Assembly (NCBI GenBank): GCA_951406725.2
Contig: OX597825.1
Location: 6,324,001 to 6,388,000, forward strand
DNA: 64,000 nucleotides
Direction: 5' to 3'
Source of the DNA: Octopus vulgaris
Lineage: Eukaryota
Shown here: positions 53,591-64,000 of the stretch, piece by piece
Position numbering within the stretch: position 1 is the stretch's first letter
Layout of the letters: every line of letters begins with the position of its first letter
The notes under the pieces: generated by a model
Told to the model about the DNA's origin: nothing
Databases searched by the model: none
What the model saw: only the letters and a program-made list of their open reading frames with translations
Position numbers and translations under genes: made by a program

Positions 53591-54668
53591 TTATCATTAT
53601 TGTAATTGTGTCTCTTTATAATGTTCCCAATGATAACTTTATCCGGTAAATTTGGGCTTAATCTCCCACTTTGTGAGGATTCACCTAACCCAGAGTATAT
53701 CGTTTTGTCATTCATTGAAATCACTTGAAAAGTAGGTTTATTCATCACATTTCTGACGGTATTCCATTTCACGTTTAACCGTTTCTCCTTTCAATAATAA
53801 TACTTGATATTATTTCCTGTTCAAATTCGTCTGGATCTCTCGACCTACAAATGTTCAAAAAGACCTTCAAGTACATCAAACGTCGCGCAACCTCCTCATA
53901 TATAAAATATTATTATTTTATATATATTTTATATATTATCAACTCATATATAAAATATACAAGAATCTGAAATAGATGCGTTGATTTAACTTAGACACAG
54001 AGAGTTATTTTTCACGTAACTAACACGTTTAATTATCCGCTGCTTTCAAGCATCCACATAGAAAAAAACCCCAAAACATTTATTCTTTGAATGCAAGCAT
54101 TGAGGATAATGATACATGTTAACTATCATCGATATTCAAACCCAGTTTCAAAAAATAAATGATTCTGTTAGAAGTTATGAAATTACCGTGTCGTTTTTTT
54201 TTTACTTATTCACTCATCAATCAATTTAAAGAAAAACTCAGTTTATATCGATAAGTATTTTATAAACTTGACTTACATTTACACATTTAGGACAATAAAG
54301 ATTTCATTAAGATCGCAATATGTTCTTCATATCCAAGCAAAAGGAAGTAAATTTATTTCAGTAATTTAGTTAGAGGGGAATGTACTGAAGACGTACGCAA
54401 AAGCAAAAAAAAATTATTAATGAAGCACATTTATTCGTTTTAGCACATTCAGGAGAAAATTTATACGACGAAAAGTTCATTCACATTAAAAATAAGATAT
54501 TGTTTGGTTGAGCATCTCATTACATTTAATATGTGGTAGACTGCGTCCCCTCCCCAGGCCAACTGTATATAACTCTTATTGTCTATCTCCACCAATCTTC
54601 ATGACTAGCAAATATCTTTTTTTAAGTGCACACACACACACACACACATACACACATTGACAATAACT

Positions 54669-54737
54669 GAAGTTTCGGCCAGCTAAGCCGTCATCAGACC
54701 GTGCGATGATTGCTAAGCTGGCCGAAACTTCGAAGTC
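54669..54737. ncRNA. foldback of two head-to-head hammerhead motifs
   Basis: Perfect 16-bp IR gaagtttcggccagct / agctggccgaaacttc; minus arm CUGAUGA-C-GGC-UUAGCUG-GCC-GAAAC; plus arm GAA-ACUUCGAAGU-C. Confidence 0.65.
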
Positions 54738-56182
54738 AATGTTAATACTATTCTTCTTAAAGATTAACTTGTATATATATATATATATATATATATACAC
54801 TACCAATACATTCTCAAATTTTCATTCACACCACAAAACCCTTTCGAACAAGCAACACTGATTCCACGGCTCCATACTTTGAACTGACTAAACATGTACA
54901 GGAAACTATATATGTGGAGATTATACGCTGAAGCAAACTATTAAAATATACATTTTCATATGACTATAAAGATCGCTTGTACACACACACACACACACAA
55001 ACACAAGGTGAACTATAAAAATAAAATTTATTTAACTACTTGTGATTCTAAAAGCGTCCATTAAATGTCGATAGATCATTGGATAAAATGCCTTACGATG
55101 CTCGTCCTCTTCGCTGCGTTCTGAGGTAAAGTGCTGCCACAACAGAACTATGCATACCATTTCGAAAGACTCAAATACATTGTTGAAATTTTGACGGAAT
55201 AGATCCAATCCAGGAAGAAAGAGATCGTGAAGAATAGCTCCCTAGTTCTAGTAGTACCAGGGACAAAAATTTTCTCTGGGTTTTACCGATAATTCAAAGG
55301 TTCACTTTCATTTCAGTATTGTGCTGATCGTCGAATGATAATTACATTAATTGTACAAGTCTGTAGAATACTCATTTCCTTATGGATTAAGGATTAATTT
55401 CTTGAGTAGCAATTTAGTCGGTCAAACAACCAGATACTCATCGTCGAGACCGACGAAATATCCATCACTAAAGCTTACCACAAAACCTGTTTAAAATCGA
55501 GATGGGAAACGTTAATATAACACGATATATAGGACAGTTATAATTTGTTACAAGACAATGTCGTTTCTATGTACCAGCGCAAAAATGTCAAAAGACACGT
55601 TAAACGAAGCCACTTTCTTACTTTGGGAGATTACTGCCAAATGCTTGGAATGTTCTTAATTGATTTTTGCAAATTTCAAACTCGTAACTTTTATCTTTAA
55701 AAGAAGTTTAAAAAAATGTTTTCTTTGATCTACAAAAATGCTAATTGGAGAAACGGAAAGATCAGAAGTAAATGTTTTGCTTAGTTCTAAGAAATAGGTA
55801 GAAATGTATTCAATAGATCTCTGCTTAGAAGTTCTGTCAAATGAGGAAAGCGTAACTAATACACAGAAGACTTACCATAAATTCGGACCAAATTGGATTG
55901 ATATTATCAGGCGGCTATAAAATTTTTGTATTGTTGTTGCGAAAATTTGATACACTTGTCTGAATTCTTTTCTTTTATCGGTCATATATGAACTTTCAAA
56001 GACTTACAAATTTGTTGATAAAGATGATCATAAACTATAGGTGGGAGTAAAATTTTAATGATTTTCTACACAAGTAGAAATTTCATTGCCAAATATATAT
56101 CTATTTCCAGAGAAAGGCAAACTCACCCACTTTGATATACGTATATGAATTTATATATATATATATACATACAAACATACAG

Positions 56183-56249
<67 letters not shown>

Positions 56250-56549
56250 TATATATATACATATATATACAGACATGACAGACGTAAATAGACACACTGT
56301 AAAACATCGTTTTATGTTTATTCTAGCATTTTTATGTTTCAAGTTCTATACGTGACTGTTTAATGATGCCACGTTCAAGAGAAGCCTTGGAACTGTCTGA
56401 ATTTTAAAGAGGCCGTATTGTGGGTCCTTCGCAGAAAACCTTGGGTTCCCGCTTTCTACAGTTAATAGAATAATTGTGCAATTCACCAGAGAGAGGAAGG
56501 AGTCCACATCGCAATATCATATCCGTTATTTAGATATATATTGATCGAT

Positions 56550-57143
56550 ATATCGGGCAACTAAGTTCCTGCCGTTTTATTAAATTAAAATTATTTAAAA
56601 GATTGATTTGATTGATTGATTGATTTTAGTTTCAGCTCATGAGCTGTGGCCATGCTGGGGCACCGCCATTTGGTGTTGCTACATGGTTTTACTTCACGAA
56701 AGCTTTTTAGCAACTGCCATTTGGTGCATGAGAGAGTTCGATGCAGCTGCCCTCAACTGCACCTCCTGCCGTGAAGTTGGTTCATCTGGGACACCTGACA
56801 GGAAGAGATCCAGTTTCATTTTAAAGACATCTGCATCCACCCCATGCAGGTCTCTCAGGTTCTTCGGGAGGATATTGAAGAGCTGTGGGCCTCGGAAGCC
56901 CAGGCTATCACAGTATCTTGTCCTACATCTTGATGGCAAATTTGGAGTCCTAGGCACCACGCAGTGGCGCCCAGTTCTGGCATTTGTGTAACTCTCGATG
57001 CCAAAGTTTGGGACACGTTCCTCCAGGATCTTCCAGATGTATATTATGGCATTAAAAAATAACAACTAATTAATCATAACGTAACGTCTAGGAAATTCCA
57101 AAATAAAAAAAAAAACGGCGGGAACTTAGTTGCTAACCCAATG
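56550..57143. mobile_element. mariner-type MITE disrupted by a CR1 insertion
   Basis: IR gcaactaagttcctgccgtttt (56557-56578) / aaaacggcgggaacttagttgc(taacccaat). Confidence 0.7.
56601..57050 (-). pseudogene. CR1-type LINE 3' end (5'-truncated) with (AATC)n tail
   Basis: IYIWKILE..GPQLFNILPKNLRD..VFKMKLDLFLSGVPDEP, frame still open. Confidence 0.85.
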
Positions 57144-57805
57144 TATGTATGTATGTATGTATGTATGTATGTATGTATGTATGTATGTATGTATGCGTGT
57201 GTGTATGTGTGTATACACATACACACACAAATATAATGAGTAGAGCACTACTTGGGATTCGGTTATCGAATTTTTATTTGTTTTAACATCATAAATCTTT
57301 TCCAGCGTTTCATTTGTTTATACCAGTATGCTACGACAGATGCTTCCATAATCCTTCTGTAACGCCAGATCACGAAGAGAATATAGTAATTTATTCCACT
57401 TTTGGTTATCAACATCAATCTGTAGGCAGACGTTTACTGACAACTGTGCATCTATTCATTAATCTTTTCTTTTTATATATATAAACGGTCGCTTTAAAAA
57501 ATAATTTTACTATTTTATTTTATCGATGAGATAAAGAGATAAAGGGCAAGAGAGATTGGTTCTCAGTGCAGCCAGGGTACCTGCGGGAAGAAAATAGATC
57601 CGGATCATGAATTTATCTTATCAAAGGAATTCACAAGTTACCGGTGATGCGATGTATGTTTTAGAAGCTACTTCCTGCAAAATGTGACGTACACACTTTT
57701 ATTTACGCATACACTTATACTATTATATAAGTAGAGTTATTTCAAGTACTTCCTCATATGTTTACATACACAGTTCGTTTCCACCGTTAACGAATTTTTC
57801 GTTTG

Positions 57806-58230
<425 letters not shown>

Positions 58231-59657
58231 TATATATATATATATGTATATATATAGATATACATATTTATATTTCAAGCCCCAGAATTTGATCCTCCTC
58301 TAAAACATACAATTAATTTCAAAGATATTCCTATAGAACAGAGAACAGTAGAAATCTCTCCACATACATATGCAATATATTTTTTCATACAGTCCTTCCA
58401 ATATAAATTAGTATTCATGTACGTTTACCACCTGCATCCCCCAGACGTATTCAACACCAACTTTTCCTTCTGAAAAAGTCTAAAACCTTTATCTACCACA
58501 CAATAGCGAACAACTTAGTCTGTGGGTGAAACTCTGGGGACACTATCAACTTTTGACATATATATATATATATATATATATAGCGTGTATTATATATTTA
58601 GTACACATATATAATACATACAATATAAGATCAAAAATTAATATTTGAGATATACACATAATTATGTCAGTTCGCATATGTATGTATTGTATACAAATAC
58701 ATAGATATGTATAACGGTATAAATGTCTAAGTGAATTTATGAATATATATTCTGAAATGTATCTAGGTGTGTATATGTGTATATCTGTGTCTATATATAT
58801 GCACACGTGACTGTGTACGTACGTCTCTGTGTGTAGACTCAGAAATATGTTTATTTGAATAGAAACATATGTATATATATATATGTATGTATATATACCT
58901 CTTATGCGTGCTTATTATCATAAATAATACATTTATATAATATCGTACACATGCAGATACGCAAGCGGGGCTTCCTTCCGGTAAAATTTTTAGTTCAATA
59001 GATTATCAATTTAATATTGATTTTAAAATATGATAGTATTATATTTTTTGCTTCTTTTAAATTTTATAATGTTTGGCAAATTTCCAGACATCTAAAGATT
59101 TTTGCAATGAGCCAGGAAAGAAAATTTACATACAAACACAGGAAAGCAAATAAATATACTTACACACAAATACACACAAATACATACACATACACATGCA
59201 TACACACGCAGAAACACAAACACACTCTTAGATATAAATTTACAAATACATGTGTATTGAAATTGTGAAATATAGTCAAAGCCACAAAGCCAGATACAAA
59301 TAAGTATATAACTGTGCGTATGTAAGTAGTCTGTTTTAGGGTATGTATGTATTTTCCACAAGAAAATTAATATTAACGCGTACACAAGCCGATTACAAAT
59401 ATATTCAGCATACAGTTGAGAATCGTATTCATATTACAATTTATATCTTTATAATAAAATTAAAAACTCGCAAGAAATCGGTAAGTAATATGGTGTGGGA
59501 ACTTGAAAGAAACTGCAAAAATATAAACCGCACGTTCGGTTGAGTGGAGATGTCGTGTCGTTGCGTAGGTACATCAACAAAGCGCCACCTCTCAGGCGTT
59601 AAACTTGGGGAAAATAATACATCAGTGATTTACAAAGTGTAGAGAAAGGCCTTTATA

Positions 59658-59700
<43 letters not shown>

Positions 59701-60044
59701 AAAGAATCACTAACGATGAAGGTAAGTAATATATCCCTCAAAAGCAGCTTCCTCTAGTTGTTATGGTAGCTGCAAGATGAGAGAACAGGAAAATACATCA
59801 AGATGTGGGCCTAAATAATTTGATAGCGTCACCGATTGGAAAATCGGTGGCACTGAAGTAAGAAGTTTGTTGTAAGATACGGAAATCATTATGTTATTGT
59901 GTTGATAGCTCAGAAGCGAATGGCCTTCGGTATAAAGTGTAAGTAAAGTATACACAAATATTTATGTATAAAACTTTATTCACACACACACACGCATACA
60001 CACACACACATGTATGTATATAAGTGTCTGTGTGTATGTATGAA

Positions 60045-60268
60045 CGTATGTGTTCGTTTTTGTTTGTTCCTATCCTCCTTACCGCTTGTCTACTGGTGGT
60101 GGTTTCCTAACGTTCTCTTAATGTAGCGGTTTCGCAAATGAGTCAAATAGTATAAGCATCAGGTTTTAAAATATTAGTACTGGGGGACGATTTGTTCGAC
60201 TAAAATCCTTCAAGTCAGTGCCTCTGCGTGGATGCTCTTCAATGACTGAAATAATTGAAAGATAAGAA
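60045..60268 (+). mobile_element. SINE family A tail half, diverged
   Basis: tagcggtttcgcaaa..gatttgttcgactaaa..aatgactgaaa. Confidence 0.65.
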
Positions 60269-60375
60269 TGGTATATACATATATACATACACACACACAC
60301 ATTTGTATGCGTGTATACATGCATACATACATACATACATACATACATACATACATACATACATACATACATACA

Positions 60376-60410
<35 letters not shown>

Positions 60411-60429
60411 TTATATTTTGTTCATATCA

Positions 60430-61956
60430 CTTTCCGTTACTGTTATTTCAATGCCACACACTCTGTTAATATCCCAATGCACTTTTTGCTTACACAGTCA
60501 TACTTGCGATTATACTCTTTTTGTGCTAGCTTAGTGCACTCAATCAAGGGATGATCGATAGTTTCATCCCTCTTCCTGCAGATTCTATATTTGCTGCCTG
60601 ACTGAGTTGTGTCGATATTTGCCTTTATCAGGTTTGTCCTAATGGTATGTTCCTGAGCGACTATAATTAGCGTTTCGTTGTCTCGTTTCAGGTTTCATTC
60701 CTTCAGTCAGAACCATTTTCCTTCACTTCTAACATTCTCGGTTTGATACGTGAATTGGCCATGAGATTCTATTTCTTTCTGTCTATTTGCTCTGTTGTCC
60801 TTCCTTCTGTTCGTGAAACCTCTTACTTTTTCTGAAGCTCCTTGGGTGTCTCTAGATACCGATAGTATTCTTTCTTCATTCCTCTCAACAGAAATTTTCA
60901 ACCACAATGTCGCAGTAGACGTTTTTGTTTTTGTTTAGGAATCCCCTGCCCTCATAACTTTTTCACATGAAGAGTCTGTCGTTATTACTTTAGGGTGGTG
61001 TGTGTTGTGTATCGTGAGCAGTTTTCAAGATCGTCTGTCCAAGTACCGTCGCTCGATCTTTGTTCATTTTCAGAAAGTCAGCAGAACATCTCAGTATTGG
61101 CTTAGCTCACGTATTTATTACTTTAATTTAATTTTGTTTCGAGTACCGTCTTAATTCTCCTCTTGTGCTCTTTAGAGATGTTCCCTCTCCTTTCTCCCAT
61201 TTCCCTTGCAGCCTTCCTAGGTATTTTTATCCCTCATTATTCCACAGCGATCTAATGGTCTTAATTTGCGGTAATTTTATGCAAGCAATATTTTATCTTA
61301 CGGTCTCTCTTCATAATTAGCGCAGTGCACTTATTTACCACAAACTGCATCTCGATATTCTTCCTGAATACTCTCACAGTCTGAATGAGAAAATCGAAGT
61401 CTTTCTTATTTTCTGAATATATAAGGCAAGTAATTTTTTTTTCCATTTTGATTTCGGTAACCTCATAAGCAGGCCTGGATTTTTTCAGCATATCTATCAG
61501 AGAGATTACGCAATGACAAAAGTAGCGGTGAGAACGAATCTCTTTGGAAAAACCCCCGGCTTGTTTTCATATTTCCTAGCGATTCATTTGCACATGTCAT
61601 CTCTATTTCCCGCATTCACATTGCTTTTTCCAAAAAGCTATTTATCTTCTCATTGACTCCGAGTGTCCTCAGGCATCCCAAGAGCCACCAGTGTGGAACA
61701 TTGTCGTAAGCCTTCCTGTTATCTATCCAGCCAACGTTTAAATTCTTCTTTGTTACTCGTACATCATTTAATATCCTGCTGTCCATATACACAGCAGATC
61801 AGCAGTTTTTCCTTTTTTTCTGCTTCACTTTTGCTCCTCTGGCAATAAATTCTCCTTTTCCTGAAAGCAATAATATATTCCATCTGCTATGGGAATAGCT
61901 AATAACTTCCCGAGTAATGGTAAACGTGTAATATATCTATAATTAGTGACATTCCC

Positions 61957-61957
<1 letters not shown>
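60430..61957 (-). pseudogene. R4/Dong-clade LINE relic (RT to CCHC/RHD region)
   Basis: NYRYITRLPLLGKLL..LLPEEQK, GFFQRDSFSP, IEMQFVVNKC, SHGQF, ETIDH..ECTKLAQKEY. Confidence 0.82.
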
Positions 61958-62012
<55 letters not shown>

Positions 62013-62036
62013 CCATCACTACTATTGTTGTTGTTG

Positions 62037-62107
<71 letters not shown>

Positions 62108-62124
62108 CATTATTATTATTATTA
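61958..62124. repeat. (CAT)n/(TTA)n microsatellite
   Basis: Directly visible. Confidence 0.97.
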
Positions 62125-62128
62125 TAGT

Positions 62129-62343
62129 AAGGCGGCAAGCTGGCAGAATCGATGGCACGGTGGGTAAAATGCTTAGTTGCATTTCGTCAGTCTTTGCACT
62201 CTGAGTTCAAATTCCGCGGAGGTCGACTTTGCCTTTCCTCCTTTCGGGGTCGATAAATTAAGTACCAGTGAAACACTGGGGTCGACGTAATCTACTAGTC
62301 CCCTCACACCAAAATTTCAAGCCTTGTGCTTTTAGTAGAAAGG
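62129..62343 (+). mobile_element. SINE family B
   Basis: Head, core and tagtagaaagg end. Confidence 0.9.
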
Positions 62344-63027
<684 letters not shown>

Positions 63028-63158
63028 GCTCTCCGTCAGATCTATTTAATTATATAATACAGGAACGCTTTGTATTTTAAAATATTTGGCCAATCAAATT
63101 GTTTTGAATTTAGTTGATCGATACCAATTTTCGTTAGGGGTGAGAAAATTATGGTTGC

Positions 63159-63189
<31 letters not shown>

Positions 63190-63563
63190 TGTATGTATGT
63201 ATGTATGTATGTATGTATGTATGTATGTATGTTCGTATTTTAAAATTCTTGATTATATGTATGCATACGTATGTATACAAGGGTGTAAAAGCTTCACGTA
63301 AAAATGTGTTTACATATATATATATATATATGTATGTATGAGTGAGTATGTACACGCGTGGGTATACGAATGCGTATGTGTGTTTATGTATACATACATA
63401 TATGTTCGGTGATTTATGTGCATTCATTCACATGTAAGTATTTTCATGTGAGCGTACTTTATACATACATAATTGTATCCATTGTTTGTGTACGTGTGTA
63501 TATGTGTATATAAATTTACATATATGCATATATTGTTACTTAGATGTGTATACCTATGAATAT

Positions 63564-63599
<36 letters not shown>

Positions 63600-64000
63600 T
63601 GTATTAATAGATGAACATTTTTTGGCCAGTGTTAATATAAGTTTTTATATATTTTTCACATTAATTTCGCTCAATTTTATAAACAAATTTAAAAAGTATT
63701 TTTTTTTATTTATTCCCTCGTTATGATAATGTTATTTACTGTAACTCACTATATAACCTTTATTTATTTACAAATTATTACTCTAATTATATTCACATTA
63801 TCCATTACTCACTAAAACAGCCTATGACTTCCTGGCCCAGGAATATTTACCAATATTAGTCATAAAATAATACACAGTCTTATTTCGTTTTTGGATTTGG
63901 TTTGCAAGATTCTTTATGTGAGTTTGTGTGTTGAAGCATATTCTGTTGTGTCTGGGGAGAGTAATTTTGTTTTTGTGCTTTAAAATGTAACACACTCACC

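Noticed and set aside
55430-55465. GTCG-AGAC-CGAC-GAAATATC hammerhead-like half
   Set aside because: No recognisable core or stem I upstream

Overview
AT-rich, repeat-saturated eukaryotic DNA. The SINE/LINE repertoire and very dense microsatellites look like a coleoid cephalopod (Octopus-like) intron or intergenic region; the species assignment is an inference. No host protein-coding exon or RNA gene can be supported, and almost all ORFs in the track are microsatellite read-throughs. Recognisable content: three tRNA-headed SINE families, several R4/Dong-type (RLE) LINE relics, Tx1/L1-like 5' and 3' pieces including one open ORF1, a CR1-type 3' end, RTE and gypsy remnants, a decayed Penelope-like element (RT plus GIY-YIG), TIR MITEs and a non-autonomous Helitron. 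The most interesting signal is a dispersed set of minimal type-I hammerhead-ribozyme motifs with variant catalytic cores, one with a swapped G3:C8 pair. They sit in short modules beside (TA)n tracts and three of them are head-to-head foldbacks. Other notable items: a LINE-SINE shared 3' tail with a covarying hairpin, a microsatellite-associated tandem Tx1 derivative, multimeric SINEs inside single TSD pairs, a telomere-repeat-carrying TIR element and a candidate NRF1/RFX regulatory island. All alignments were done by eye; coordinates are approximate unless motifs are quoted.
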